Source: Dehalococcoidales bacterium
GTDB taxonomy: Bacteria; Chloroflexota; Dehalococcoidia; Dehalococcoidales; Fen-1064
Assembly: GCA_030654965.1 (NCBI GenBank)
Contig: JAURWL010000051.1
Location: forward strand, 6,737-70,736
Direction of reading: 5' to 3'
DNA length: 64,000 bases
The notes beneath the pieces were generated by a model, which searched no databases, had not been told where the DNA came from, and was given only the letters and a program-made list of their open reading frames with translations. The position numbers were made by a program, and so were the translations under genes. This document shows, in pieces, positions 9,342 to 19,590 of the stretch; the first letter of the stretch is position 1; each line of letters begins with the position of its first letter.

Positions 9342-9452
9342 TCCACTGTCTCATAACGTACCCGCGACTGAGAGACCGGTCATCTATGTTCTTACAAACC
9401 GGCTTTGATTTCGTTTATCTGAAAATGGTCAAACTGATAAAACCCAGTCGCC

Positions 9453-9490
9453 GTAATTAACCTGTAACATGCCCGTAATACTGACGTAAT
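9453..9490 (+). promoter_or_regulatory. Phased direct repeats (GTAAT, GTAAC, GTAAT, GTAAT) upstream of amtB; candidate response-regulator operator
   Basis: Pentamers start at 9453, 9464, 9475 and 9486, an exact 11-bp period. They are followed by a conserved TAAAGT..AGACATCTAAC block and the RBS. Confidence 0.55.
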
Positions 9491-9536
9491 AATTGCCCGT
9501 TAAAGTGAAGACATCTAACCTGATAGGAGGTGATGG

Positions 9537-10772
9537 ATGTCCATAAACTACGCCGACACTGCCTGGGTATTGATGTCGGCGGCGATGGTCTTATTTATGA
9601 CGCCGGGGCTTGCCTTCTTTTACGGCGGACTGGTGAGACGGAAGAATTTCCTTTCCACCATTATGATGAGCTTCGCCTGCCTGGGTCTGATTGGTGTGCT
9701 CTGGGTAGTCTATGGCTACAGCTTGAGCTTCGGACCTGACAAAGCTGGTATTATTGGCGGGCTGGACTTTTTTGGATTGGCAGGTGTCGGACAAGAACCA
9801 TCATCTGTTTATGCCACCACCATCCCCCACCTCGCCTTTATGACATATCAGGGAATGTTCGCGATTATTACCGTAGCGCTCATTACCGGTGCCGTAGTAG
9901 AACGCATCAAATTCAGCGCCCTCATGCTTTTTTCGGTCTTATGGTTTACCTTTGTCTACACCCCGGTTGCGCACTGGGTCTGGGGAAGCGGCGGCTGGCT
10001 GGCGAAATTGGGCGTGCTCGATTTCGCCGGCGGCACGGTCGTGCATATTGCGGCGGGTATTTCCGCCTTATCACTGGCTCTCTTACTCGGTCCCCGTCGC
10101 GGCTTCAAAGAAAAGGAGCCGATGGAACCGGGTAACATACCGATGGTCGCGCTCGGCGCCGGCATTCTCTGGTTCGGATGGTTTGGTTTCAATGCCGGCA
10201 GTGCCCTGACTTCCGGCGGGTTGGCATCCAGCGCTTTCGTCGCGACGAACATCTCTGCCGCAACGGCCGCCCTGGTCTGGATGATACTATCATGGATTTA
10301 CCGTCGTCCGTCCCTGCTTGGTGTTGCCACCGGCGCCGTGGCAGGGTTGGTAGCAATAACTCCTGCGGCAGGTTTCGTACAGCCGATTATGGGCATACCA
10401 ATCGGCGCTGGCGCTGCCATTCTCTGCTATTATATGATGTTGTTTCGCGCAAAGACCGGGATCGATGAATCACTGGATGTCTGGGCGGTACACGGGATGG
10501 GTGGCACGTGGGGCGCACTGGCAACCGGCATTTTCTCCAGCGTCGCGGTTAATTCTGCCGGGAAAGATGGCCTCATCTACGGCAACCCCAAACAACTTCT
10601 CCTGCAGTTAATCGGCGTTCTTGTTGTCTGGGCATTCGCCTTTATGATGACCTGGGTTATCGGCAAGGTAGTGAATGCGACCATCGGATTACGTGTCAGC
10701 AGTGAAGAGGAATCAGTCGGGTTGGACATCTCACAGCATGGTGAACGCGCCTATGGAGGACCACTGCGATGA
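9537..10772 (+). CDS. amtB: Ammonium transporter AmtB
   Basis: AFFYGGLVRRKN, DFAGGTVVHIAAG, GWFGFNAGSAL and VHGMGGTWGALATGIF. The protein is multi-TM. Confidence 0.95.
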   Translation: MSINYADTAWVLMSAAMVLFMTPGLAFFYGGLVRRKNFLSTIMMSFACLGLIGVLWVVYGYSLSFGPDKAGIIGGLDFFGLAGVGQEPSSVYATTIPHLAFMTYQGMFAIITVALITGAVVERIKFSALMLFSVLWFTFVYTPVAHWVWGSGGWLAKLGVLDFAGGTVVHIAAGISALSLALLLGPRRGFKEKEPMEPGNIPMVALGAGILWFGWFGFNAGSALTSGGLASSAFVATNISAATAALVWMILSWIYRRPSLLGVATGAVAGLVAITPAAGFVQPIMGIPIGAGAAILCYYMMLFRAKTGIDESLDVWAVHGMGGTWGALATGIFSSVAVNSAGKDGLIYGNPKQLLLQLIGVLVVWAFAFMMTWVIGKVVNATIGLRVSSEEESVGLDISQHGERAYGGPLR

Positions 10773-11107
10773 AAAAAATTGAGGCGATAATCCGGGAAGA
10801 AAAACTAGCCCCGGTCAAAAAGTCGCTCGAAGACCTCGGTTACTATGGTATGACCATTACCGAAGTAGGCGGGAGAGGCAGAGAGAAGGGTATCGCTCTA
10901 AAGTGGGGCGCTAAAGAGTATCGCGTCGATTTCCTCCCCAAGCTTAAGGTTGAAGTGATTGTCCTGGATGAAGACCTGTCTCCCGTTTTGAATGCCATTG
11001 TCAGAAGCGCCCGCACCGGTGAGACAGGTGATGGGAAAATTTTCATCATCCCCGTGGAAAATGCAATCCGCATTCGTACTGGCGATTCCGGCAGTAATGC
11101 CGTTTAG
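10769..11107 (+). CDS. glnK: P-II nitrogen regulatory protein, amtB-linked GlnK type
   Basis: 112 aa, MKKIEAIIR..., a T-loop-like GGRGREKG...KEY, and a C-terminal TGETGDGKIFI. The start overlaps the amtB stop. Confidence 0.93.
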   Translation: MKKIEAIIREEKLAPVKKSLEDLGYYGMTITEVGGRGREKGIALKWGAKEYRVDFLPKLKVEVIVLDEDLSPVLNAIVRSARTGETGDGKIFIIPVENAIRIRTGDSGSNAV

Positions 11108-11139
11108 TAATCTGAAAAATGATAAAGGAGGTTATATCA

Positions 11140-12483
11140 ATGCCAGCCAGGAAAAAGGATGAAAGCAAGGAATATGTTCTCAAGATGGCAAAGGAGAATG
11201 ATGTCAAGTTTATCCGCCTGTGGTTTACTGACATCCTCGGTATGCTCAAGAGCTTTGCCATCACCGTCGAGGAACTGGAGGGCGCGCTGGAAGAAGGCAT
11301 GGGATTTGACGGTTCGTCAATCGAAGGGTTCGCACGTATTGACGAAAGCGATATGGTCGCTATGCCCGACCCGGATACTTTCCAGATTCTCCCATGGAGA
11401 CCCCGCGAGCATAATGCCGTCGCCCGGATGTTCTGCGATGTCTTGAAACCCGGTGGTGAACCATTTGATGGCGACCCCCGTTATGTCCTCAAGAAAAACC
11501 TGAAAAAGGCGGCAGACCTGGGCTATACCTATTATGTTGGACCAGAGCTGGAGTATTTCTACTTTAGAGATTCCAAAAGCACAGAGTTTCTTGATGCCGG
11601 CGGCTATTTTGACCTGACCCCACTGGATGCTGCCACAGACATGAGACGTGAAACCGTCCTCACTCTAGAACAAATGGGCATCGGTGTGGAGTATTCCCAT
11701 CATGAGGTCGCCCCCAGCCAGCACGAAATCGATATGCGCTATACAGATGCCCTGACCATGGCAGATAGCGTTATGACCTACCGCCTGGTGGTCAAGCAGG
11801 TTGCCATTAATCATGGTGTCTATGCCACTTTTATGCCCAAGCCTGTCTTCGGTATTAATGGCAGCGGTATGCACGTCCACCAATCGCTTTTCAAGGGCGA
11901 TAAGAACGCCTTTTTCGACCCAAAAGGGAAGTACTATCTATCGAAAATCGCGCGTAGTTATGTCGCCGGTCTATTGAAGTACGCCCCGGAAATCACTGCC
12001 GTTAATAACCAATGGATAAACTCCTACAAACGTCTGGTTCCCGGCTACGAAGCGCCTGTCTATCTATCATGGGCAAAACGCAATCGTAGTGACCTCATCC
12101 GTGTGCCGGAATACCGCCCCGGAAGAGAAAAAGCAACCAGAATCGAACTCCGTTCGCCCGACCCTGCCTGCAATCCATACCTGTGCTTCAGTGTGATGCT
12201 AGCGGCGGGTTTGAAGGGTATTGAGGACGGGCTGGAACCCCCCGAGCCGGTTGAAGAGAACGTCTACGAGATGAATGAAGAGGAACGCGCGAAACGCGGT
12301 ATCCGCACCTTGCCCGCCAGTCTGTCTGAGGCTATCCAGCTAACCGAGAAAAGTAAGCTGGTGCGGGAAGCTCTTGGTGAGCATGTTTTTAGCGCCTTCA
12401 TCACCAACAAGAAGATTGAATGGGACCTCTATCGTACTCAGGTTACCGGGTATGAGGTTAACCGGTACTTGCCAATTCTCTAA
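11140..12483 (+). CDS. glnA: Glutamine synthetase type I
   Basis: DGSSIEGF, MPKPVFGINGSGMHVHQS, NSYKRLVPGYEAP and RIELRSPD. I place the start at ATG 11140, 8 nt after AAGGAGG (11125-11131), rather than at the ORF-track start 11119. Confidence 0.95.
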   Translation: MPARKKDESKEYVLKMAKENDVKFIRLWFTDILGMLKSFAITVEELEGALEEGMGFDGSSIEGFARIDESDMVAMPDPDTFQILPWRPREHNAVARMFCDVLKPGGEPFDGDPRYVLKKNLKKAADLGYTYYVGPELEYFYFRDSKSTEFLDAGGYFDLTPLDAATDMRRETVLTLEQMGIGVEYSHHEVAPSQHEIDMRYTDALTMADSVMTYRLVVKQVAINHGVYATFMPKPVFGINGSGMHVHQSLFKGDKNAFFDPKGKYYLSKIARSYVAGLLKYAPEITAVNNQWINSYKRLVPGYEAPVYLSWAKRNRSDLIRVPEYRPGREKATRIELRSPDPACNPYLCFSVMLAAGLKGIEDGLEPPEPVEENVYEMNEEERAKRGIRTLPASLSEAIQLTEKSKLVREALGEHVFSAFITNKKIEWDLYRTQVTGYEVNRYLPIL

Positions 12484-12519
12484 AGAGGTAGTAATCTGAA
12501 GCTAAAAGGAGGTGGTAAA

Positions 12520-14256
12520 ATGCGCCGCCTGCGGATTGCTATGGCGCAGATTAATACCACCGTCGGCGATTTTGACGGCAATGTAAAAAAGATTCTGGGA
12601 GCCGTTGATACCGCCCGTTCTGCGGGTGCTGATATTGTCACGCTCCCGGAACTTGCCGTTTGCGGTTATCCGCCGGAAGACCTCCTCTTCAAGCCACAAT
12701 TTATCCAGGCAAATCTGGACTCGCTTCAGAAAATCGCTGAGTCCGCAAAGGGCATCACGGTCATCACCGGCTTTGTGGACGCCGATGGCGATATCTATAA
12801 TGCCGCCGCCGTTCTTCACTTCGGCAGAATAGCCGGCTTGTACCGCAAGATTTACCTCCCGAATTACGGCGTCTTCGATGAAAACCGGTATTTCCGCGCA
12901 GGTTCGGACTGCCCCATCTTCGTCATTGGTGGTGTGGCAATCGGCATCACTATCTGTGAAGATATCTGGTATGAAGCTGGACCCGCGACTGTTCAGGCAA
13001 ATGCCGGCGCTGAGGTTATTATTAATATCAGTGCCTCTCCATATCACGCCGGTAAAGGCGCTGCCCGTGAGAGGATGATCGCCACCCGCGCTTCGGATAC
13101 GGTGGCGATATTCGCTTATAATAATGCCGTCGGCGGGCAGGACGAGCTCGTCTTCGATGGTCACAGTGTCATCATGGATGAGAAAGGAATCCTTATTGCT
13201 CGCGGCAAGCAGTTTGAAGAAGACCTGATTATCGCCGACCTCGATGTAGAATCGGTTTTCCGGGCACGCCTGCATGACCCGCGTCAGCGGAAAGAGACCT
13301 TGCTGGCGGAGCAACAGCACTGGCGTCAGACCCGAACCGTCATCTCTGAGACACCGTTCTCCAGCGCCGGACACCCGGCAATAAAACAGCAGGCTGATGT
13401 GCTCGATCTCCCCACTGAAGTCTACCGCGCGCTTGTGCTGGGCACACATGACTACATTTTGAAGAACGACTTTAACAAAGTAGTCATCGGATTATCCGGC
13501 GGGATTGATTCGGCGATAGTGGCGACGATTGCTGTAGATGCACTCGGTAGTGAGAATGTTATTGGGGTATCCATGCCCTCACGCTTCTCATCAGAAGGAA
13601 GCAAAACCGATGCCCAGCGGCTGGCGGAGAACCTGAAAATCAAGCTCCTCACCATCCCCATCGAGAAAGTCTACATGGCATATCTGAACACACTCTCCGA
13701 ATCGTTCACCGGGGCTCAACCCGATATCACTGAAGAGAATATCCAGGCGCGTATCCGGGGTAATCTACTCATGGCGCTATCCAATAAATTCGGATGGTTA
13801 GTGCTCACAACAGGAAACAAAAGTGAAATGGCTACCGGCTATACCACGCTTTACGGTGATATGGTAGGTGGTTTTGCCGTTATCAAAGATGTACCCAAAA
13901 CGCTGGTCTATAAAATTGCCCGGCGCCGTAATCAAATGGCAGGTTATGAATTGATACAGGAATCAATCTTCACCAAACCACCCTCCGCGGAATTGCGTCC
14001 CGACCAGAAAGATATTGACAGCCTGCCACCGTATGAAGTCCTCGACCCTATTCTGACCGCCTACGTGGAAGACGATAAGTCTGTGGAGCAAATCATTGCC
14101 CTGGGGTTTGATAAGGCGACCGCACAGAGGACAGCCAAACTCGTTGACCGTAGTGAGTATAAGCGGAGACAGGCGCCACCGGGAGTAAAAATCACCACCC
14201 GTGCCTTTGGACGGGACAGAAGATTACCTATCGTCAATCGGTTCAAGGAATGGTGA
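12520..14256 (+). CDS. nadE: Glutamine-dependent NAD+ synthetase (CN-hydrolase domain plus PP-loop synthetase domain)
   Basis: The N-terminal nitrilase-like domain has LPELAVCGY and ITICEDIW. The C-terminal domain has the PP-loop GLSGGIDSA. Confidence 0.93.
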   Translation: MRRLRIAMAQINTTVGDFDGNVKKILGAVDTARSAGADIVTLPELAVCGYPPEDLLFKPQFIQANLDSLQKIAESAKGITVITGFVDADGDIYNAAAVLHFGRIAGLYRKIYLPNYGVFDENRYFRAGSDCPIFVIGGVAIGITICEDIWYEAGPATVQANAGAEVIINISASPYHAGKGAARERMIATRASDTVAIFAYNNAVGGQDELVFDGHSVIMDEKGILIARGKQFEEDLIIADLDVESVFRARLHDPRQRKETLLAEQQHWRQTRTVISETPFSSAGHPAIKQQADVLDLPTEVYRALVLGTHDYILKNDFNKVVIGLSGGIDSAIVATIAVDALGSENVIGVSMPSRFSSEGSKTDAQRLAENLKIKLLTIPIEKVYMAYLNTLSESFTGAQPDITEENIQARIRGNLLMALSNKFGWLVLTTGNKSEMATGYTTLYGDMVGGFAVIKDVPKTLVYKIARRRNQMAGYELIQESIFTKPPSAELRPDQKDIDSLPPYEVLDPILTAYVEDDKSVEQIIALGFDKATAQRTAKLVDRSEYKRRQAPPGVKITTRAFGRDRRLPIVNRFKEW

Positions 14257-14303
14257 TGTAGTATAGTGGTATAATTGAACCGCTTATATTCAGGTTCTAA
14301 GGT

Positions 14304-14762
14304 TTAAAAACCTGCTAGGATAAGCCAGAACCAGGCAACGGCAATACCCAATGCCGTTCCCGCGATGACCTGAAACGGCGTGTGCCCGACTAATTCCCGT
14401 AGTTCGGCTTCTAAGACAACTCTCGATTGTCTGAGCTTGAGTTCATGCACAATACGGTTCAGAACGACCGATTGCTGGCTAACTGACTGCCTTACACCTG
14501 CCGAGTCATATATGACTATTAAAGCTAAAACGACCGAGATACCGAAGACTGCCGACCCAAAACCCTCTGTCATACCCACTGATACAGCTAAGGCGCTGAC
14601 CATAGCCGAATGGGCGCTCGGCATACCCCCACTACTGACAAAATAGCTCAGGTCAAACCCATTACCCTTTATCACCGCAATTAACATCTTTAATATCTGC
14701 GCCAGCGCCCAGGTACAAATGGGAATTATCAAAACCTCATTGGTAATAATATCTAATAGCAT
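14304..14762 (-). CDS. Divergent PAP2-family membrane protein (DUF212-like)
   Basis: GGMPSAHSA and IVIYDSAGVR motifs in a small polytopic membrane protein. Confidence 0.8.
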   Translation of the reverse strand: MLLDIITNEVLIIPICTWALAQILKMLIAVIKGNGFDLSYFVSSGGMPSAHSAMVSALAVSVGMTEGFGSAVFGISVVLALIVIYDSAGVRQSVSQQSVVLNRIVHELKLRQSRVVLEAELRELVGHTPFQVIAGTALGIAVAWFWLILAGF

Positions 14763-14983
14763 TCTTTTGCGTGCCCCTTTTATCCTTATCTAACCGTTTT
14801 TCTTTGTGAAATCACTGATATACTGAAACACACGATAGGTATGTCAAATAGAGAGCTTATCTGATAGAGGGATTGTTCTCATGTACAGCAGAGCAAAACC
14901 AAGCGGTTGGTCTGGAATTAAGTCGACTCCATTCTATTTTGGTCAAATAACAAGTATGATAGGTTCACTCACCAGTCTTTTTC

Positions 14984-15673
14984 TTATTGTCCCTTTGCTG
15001 TTCCCCTACCTATCCACAATCTGCGGTCGGTAATATCACGGTCAAAGAGCAACCTGTTAAAGACAACTTTCCCTAACGGCACGCTCTTGCTGAGTTCACT
15101 ACGACGGGCAATCACCCTTTTCATCAATGCCATCGATGTCAATGCCACAAAACCGCAAGTAATTGATAGTTTTTCCTCGATATCCAGTGGTTGCGCCAGG
15201 AACCAGCTTAAGAAAGGCAGGGCAACGAGGGCAATAAATACCCCCAGGGCTAACTGTTTAATGGACGCCCATAAGTAAGGAAACACCAGCATGATAAGCC
15301 CCAGTTTCCAGGAGAACATGGCAATGACACCCAGAGAGGCAAGAATCCCACGTCCTCCGCTTTTGAAACCGAGATATATGGGCCAGTTATGCCCGACAAT
15401 AGCTAGAAGTCCCACCGTCATCTGTTGAGCGGCACTGAGACCAATACTCTGGGCAATCCAGACAGAGAGTGCCCCCTTGCTGATGTCAAAGATGGCGACA
15501 GGCACCACCAGCCATTTGGGACCAGCATTGAGGACATTTGCCGCACCGACTTTACCGGTGCCGACCTTGCGGATATCTACGCCGCGCGACCATTTAACCG
15601 CCAGATAAGCGGCTGGCACCGCGCCCAGTAGATAAGCGCCGATTGCCAGGAGCACAAATTTAATAACATCCAT
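14984..15673 (-). CDS. plsY: Glycerol-3-phosphate acyltransferase PlsY-like membrane protein
   Basis: The N-terminus has LLGAVPAAYL....DIRKVGTGKVGAANV, resembling the PlsY G-S-x-P / GSGNxGATN region. Multi-TM. Confidence 0.75.
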   Translation of the reverse strand: MDVIKFVLLAIGAYLLGAVPAAYLAVKWSRGVDIRKVGTGKVGAANVLNAGPKWLVVPVAIFDISKGALSVWIAQSIGLSAAQQMTVGLLAIVGHNWPIYLGFKSGGRGILASLGVIAMFSWKLGLIMLVFPYLWASIKQLALGVFIALVALPFLSWFLAQPLDIEEKLSITCGFVALTSMALMKRVIARRSELSKSVPLGKVVFNRLLFDRDITDRRLWIGRGTAKGQ

Positions 15674-15685
15674 AGACTATCCTCA

Positions 15686-16540
15686 CTAACGAAAACTGAT
15701 TGCCTTTAGTCCTCGTTGCACGGCCAGCGCCACCAGTTGCTCTGCCGCGCGTGCTGGCACATCCGCGCCGCCTATCATTGTCTCAGCGGTCTCATCGATG
15801 CCGTGGTAATCCGTGCCGCCTGTGGCGATGAGACCATGTTGGTATGCCAGCCCGCGCAATGGATTAATGTCTTCAAAGGAGTAGCTGGCGTAATACACTT
15901 CCATGCCCACCAGTCCCACTGCCTTCAATTCTACTATTGTCCCCTCTACATCGCCGGCAGTCAAGGGGTGCGCCAGCACGGGTAAGCCATCGGCTTTCAG
16001 AATAAGCTTAACCGCTTCCACCGGCGTCAATTTGTCCCTTTCCACATAAGCCGGACCACCGTGACCGATGTAGTTGCGGAAGGCGTCCTGGAATGAACTG
16101 ATATAGCCTTTTTCCAGCATTGCTTGCGCAATGTGAGGACGTCCGAAAGCGCCACCGCCGGCAATTTCTTGCACCCGCCGCCATTCAAGACGGATGCCCA
16201 GTCTCGATAGATTCTCCACCATCTTGCGGGCACGTTCCACCCGCGAATTGCGCATTGTTTCTAGACTTGCCCGGAATTCCTCATCAGTGTAATCAATAAA
16301 ATAACCGAGGATATGAATTTCACCTTTGGGGATGTCCGTGCTAAGTTCTACGCCTGGAATAACACGTAGCGCCGGGTAATTTTTTGCGGTTTCCAAGGCG
16401 GCGGGAATGCCCTCTACGGTATCGTGGTCGGTAATGGCGATAACACCAAGTCCCAGCTCTGCTGCTTTGCGCACGATTTCTGATGGAGTGCATTTGCCAT
16501 CCGAGGCGGTGGTGTGAATATGAAGGTCAACTTTTGCCAC
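15686..16540 (-). CDS. PHP-domain metal-dependent phosphoesterase (TrpH/YciV-like)
   Basis: VDLHIHTTASDG and ITDHDT at the N-terminus, with later His/Asp motifs (LAHP, GGTDYHG). Confidence 0.8.
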   Translation of the reverse strand: MAKVDLHIHTTASDGKCTPSEIVRKAAELGLGVIAITDHDTVEGIPAALETAKNYPALRVIPGVELSTDIPKGEIHILGYFIDYTDEEFRASLETMRNSRVERARKMVENLSRLGIRLEWRRVQEIAGGGAFGRPHIAQAMLEKGYISSFQDAFRNYIGHGGPAYVERDKLTPVEAVKLILKADGLPVLAHPLTAGDVEGTIVELKAVGLVGMEVYYASYSFEDINPLRGLAYQHGLIATGGTDYHGIDETAETMIGGADVPARAAEQLVALAVQRGLKAISFR

Positions 16541-17307
16541 TAGTCGGTCTCTCTCTGGATACGTTCGATTGCAGTAGCGCGACCCGTAGCATTATCCACC
16601 CTGACCAGTACAGCATTGAGTGTAGTTTTACCTTTACCCGCCGACATGCGGTGAGGAAGCTGGGTCAAAAAACGTTGTATAACATTATCCGTATCATCGC
16701 CGATAACGGAGTCAATGGGACCAGTCATGCCAATATCGGTGACATAAGCAGTGCCTCTGGGGAGAATCTGGGCGTCGATAGTGCCCACATGCGTGTGTGT
16801 GCCAAGCACCGCGCTAACCCGCCCATCCAGATAGCGCCCAAGCGCCACTTTCTCGGAAGTCGCTTCTGCGTGAAAATCGACCACAACTACAGGGGGTTTA
16901 TCTTGCACCTGCTCAAGGAGTGCATCCATAGTGCGGAAGGGGCACTCAAAGTTCCCAATGAATGTCCTACCGATGAGATTGACCACCATCACACCTCTGG
17001 TGATGAAATAGCCTCTACCGGGAACACCCGGAGGATAGTTGAGAGGGCGGATGAGGGGCATCTCGCTATCCAGAACCGGGAGGATATCCTTTTGCGCCCA
17101 GACATGGTTGCCGGAGGTCAGGACATCCGCCCCGGAATTGATAAGGTCAGTGGCGGTATCCGGGGTAACACCAATCCCGCCAGCGACATTTTCGGCGTTG
17201 ACGATAGTGAAGTCAACACCGTACTGCCGTTTAATTTCGGGGAGGAACCGGGCTAGCGCCTGTCTGCCCGGCTTCCCAATCACGTCTCCAACTGCCAGTA
17301 TCAACAT
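16540..17307 (-). CDS. ymdB: YmdB-like metallophosphoesterase (2',3'-cyclic-nucleotide phosphodiesterase family)
   Basis: LAVGDVIGKPGR, NAENVAGGIG, SGNHVW and DFHAEATSEK. It lies directly downstream of rny, as in Firmicutes. Confidence 0.85.
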   Translation of the reverse strand: MLILAVGDVIGKPGRQALARFLPEIKRQYGVDFTIVNAENVAGGIGVTPDTATDLINSGADVLTSGNHVWAQKDILPVLDSEMPLIRPLNYPPGVPGRGYFITRGVMVVNLIGRTFIGNFECPFRTMDALLEQVQDKPPVVVVDFHAEATSEKVALGRYLDGRVSAVLGTHTHVGTIDAQILPRGTAYVTDIGMTGPIDSVIGDDTDNVIQRFLTQLPHRMSAGKGKTTLNAVLVRVDNATGRATAIERIQRETD

Positions 17308-17316
17308 ATTTTGATT

Positions 17317-18858
17317 CTACTTTGCGTAGTCTACGGCGCGGGTTTCGCGCAGCACTGTGACTCTTATCTGTCCGGGATACTCCAATCCCTCTTCAATCTT
17401 TTTGACAATATCGCGGGCGAGCCGCATCGCGCCGAGGTCATCAATTTCCTCCGGTTTGACCATAATTCGGATTTCACGTCCTGCCTGGATGGCGAAGGAC
17501 TTTTCCACGCCCTTGAAACCGTTGGCGATATCTTCCAGCGCTTTCAACCGTTTCAAATAGTTTTCCAGTGATTCGCGCCGGGCGCCGGGTCTGGCGCTAC
17601 TGATGGCATCCGCCGCCGCGATAATGAAACCCCAGACCGTGGTATTGGACGTTTCCAGATGGTGTTCGGCGATACCCGCCACAACCTCCGGAGATTTATC
17701 CCACTGCTTAACAATATCGGCACCAATTGCGGCGTGAGTGCCTTCAACTTCGCGGTCAATTGCCTTGCCGATGTCGTGGAGCAAGCCGGCTCTCTTGGCA
17801 ATGGTCGGATTTGCCCCGAGCTCGGAAGCAATCATCCCCGCCATATAGGCAACCTCAATGCTATGTTGCAGGACATTTTGTCCGTAGCTGGTGCGGTACT
17901 TCAATCTGCCGAGCAGGCGGATAAGCTCGGGGCGCAAGCCCTGAACTCCCACCTGAATAGCCGCCTGTTCACCCACGGACTGAATCTCTGCCTCCACTTC
18001 TTCTTCTGCCTTCTTCACCACCTCTTCAATACGCGCCGGGTGAATGCGACCGTCCAGAATCAACTTAGTGAGCGCGATACGGGCAATCTCGCGCCGCACC
18101 GGGTCAAAACTGGAAAGAGTCACCGCTTCCGGGGTATCGTCGACAATAAGGTCGACGCCGGTTGCCTGTTCCAGTGCGCGGATGTTACGGCCTTCCCGCC
18201 CGATGAGTCTGCCTTTCATTTCGTCACTGGGCAGGGGAACACTTACGGCTGTTGTTTCCGAGACCATATCGGAGGCGCTGCGCTGGATTGTCTGCGCCAG
18301 GATATCCTGAGCCTTAACATCGGCTTCTTCCTTGAGTTTAGCTTCCCACTCTCGCATCCGCCGCGCGCCTTCTTCCTTTATCTCGGATTCCATTCTCTGG
18401 AGCAGGACCTCCTTCGCATCGTTGGTGGACATCCCGGAGATGATTTCGAGTTGCTTTAATTGTTTGTTCTTGGCTTCTTCAATCTGCGCGCGGAGGGTAT
18501 CCAGTGATTTTTCCTTGCTCTGCAATTGACGTTCCCTTTGAGAAACGCCTTCGAGTTTGCGCTCCAGGTTTTCTGTCTTGGAAACCAGGCGGTTTTCCTG
18601 GCGCTGGACTTCCATACGGCGTTCCCGGTATTCGTTGTCCGCCGCACTTTTTATTTTCTCTGCCTCCACACGAACCTGGTCGGTAATTCCCTTGGCTTCC
18701 TCTTTAGCTTCGATTCCAATCCGGCTGGCTTTCCGCTGGGCAACACGTAGAAGGCGATTGACTGCCATCCGGCGAAAGAAAAATACAATAGCGCCCCCGA
18801 GAACAACTCCGATAATGAAACTGGATATAAACAATAAATAGATAAACTGGGTTGACAT
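17317..18858 (-). CDS. rny: Ribonuclease Y
   Basis: N-terminal TM helix, a long coiled-coil, a KH region ([15 protein letters not shown]) and an HD domain (LLHDIGKA). Confidence 0.93.
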   Translation of the reverse strand: MSTQFIYLLFISSFIIGVVLGGAIVFFFRRMAVNRLLRVAQRKASRIGIEAKEEAKGITDQVRVEAEKIKSAADNEYRERRMEVQRQENRLVSKTENLERKLEGVSQRERQLQSKEKSLDTLRAQIEEAKNKQLKQLEIISGMSTNDAKEVLLQRMESEIKEEGARRMREWEAKLKEEADVKAQDILAQTIQRSASDMVSETTAVSVPLPSDEMKGRLIGREGRNIRALEQATGVDLIVDDTPEAVTLSSFDPVRREIARIALTKLILDGRIHPARIEEVVKKAEEEVEAEIQSVGEQAAIQVGVQGLRPELIRLLGRLKYRTSYGQNVLQHSIEVAYMAGMIASELGANPTIAKRAGLLHDIGKAIDREVEGTHAAIGADIVKQWDKSPEVVAGIAEHHLETSNTTVWGFIIAAADAISSARPGARRESLENYLKRLKALEDIANGFKGVEKSFAIQAGREIRIMVKPEEIDDLGAMRLARDIVKKIEEGLEYPGQIRVTVLRETRAVDYAK

Positions 18859-18948
18859 TATCCTTTTACCTCACTTTCCCTGTCATTTCTTGACACCAAC
18901 CACACCACTGCCGCACTTGGGTCAAGGCGAGGGGTATTCCTTAACTCT

Positions 18949-19575
18949 TTAACTTTCCTTTTCCTGCCAGACTCTCTTTACAGTCCGGTTGATAATATCG
19001 TATGCAAAGCCACGGCGTCTGAGAAATTCCCCGAGACGCTGGCGGAACTCTGGATAGTCCAGACGCGAGAGACGGCGCGCTTTAATGACAGCGGCACGGT
19101 AAGCAGATTCTACCTCGTCAATCTCACCGACGGCCTGACTGATGGCATCTTCAGTAACGCCTTTTTTACGCAATTCGCTCCGGGTCATTCCCCGACTGCG
19201 CGGGCGGAAGGTAGCACGGTTTTCTGCCCAGAATCTGGCGAAACTCACATCGTCCAGCAATCCCTGCTCTTTGAGTTTGCTGAGGGTCTGCTCGATATGT
19301 TCTGCCGGGAAACCGCGACGCTGGAGCCGTTCCCGCAACTCCGCTTCACTGCGCGGACGGTAGCTCAAATAGCGGTAAGCCGCATCAAGACAGCGGCTGA
19401 GCCTGAGGGAAGTCATCAGTGCGTCCAATCGGTCACCGGATAGCTCCAGCCCGACCTTAAGTCCTTCCTGAACCACCTTGTCCTTTTCCAGACTGAAGGC
19501 GAATTTACCGTCCAGGAACAGATTTACCCGCTTTTCAATGCGCCTCCCGTTACGGAGAGCAGTGATTGTACTCAT
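18949..19575 (-). CDS. recX: RecX regulatory protein
   Basis: Position immediately downstream of recA. Repeated helical RecX-like segments (LSYRPRSEAELRERLQRRGF..., ...RRRGFAYDII). Confidence 0.85.
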   Translation of the reverse strand: MSTITALRNGRRIEKRVNLFLDGKFAFSLEKDKVVQEGLKVGLELSGDRLDALMTSLRLSRCLDAAYRYLSYRPRSEAELRERLQRRGFPAEHIEQTLSKLKEQGLLDDVSFARFWAENRATFRPRSRGMTRSELRKKGVTEDAISQAVGEIDEVESAYRAAVIKARRLSRLDYPEFRQRLGEFLRRRGFAYDIINRTVKRVWQEKES

Positions 19576-19590
19576 CAGTTTTTACCCGTT

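Noticed and set aside
9369-9412. Terminator after the 122-aa gene (ccggt ... accgg followed by a T-rich tract)
   Set aside because: The stem has only 5 bp with a 17-nt loop, too weak to call. I left it unannotated, although a separate amtB promoter element downstream suggests that the two genes are distinct transcription units.
12502-13449. 315-aa minus-strand ORF
   Set aside because: It lies entirely antisense to the N-terminal half of the well-supported nadE gene. It has no RBS and no recognisable motifs. This is a typical shadow ORF.
16483-18459. Plus-strand ORFs 16483..17256 (257 aa) and 17659..18459 (266 aa)
   Set aside because: They are antisense to ymdB and rny, which have clear family motifs. 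Neither ORF has an independent signal.
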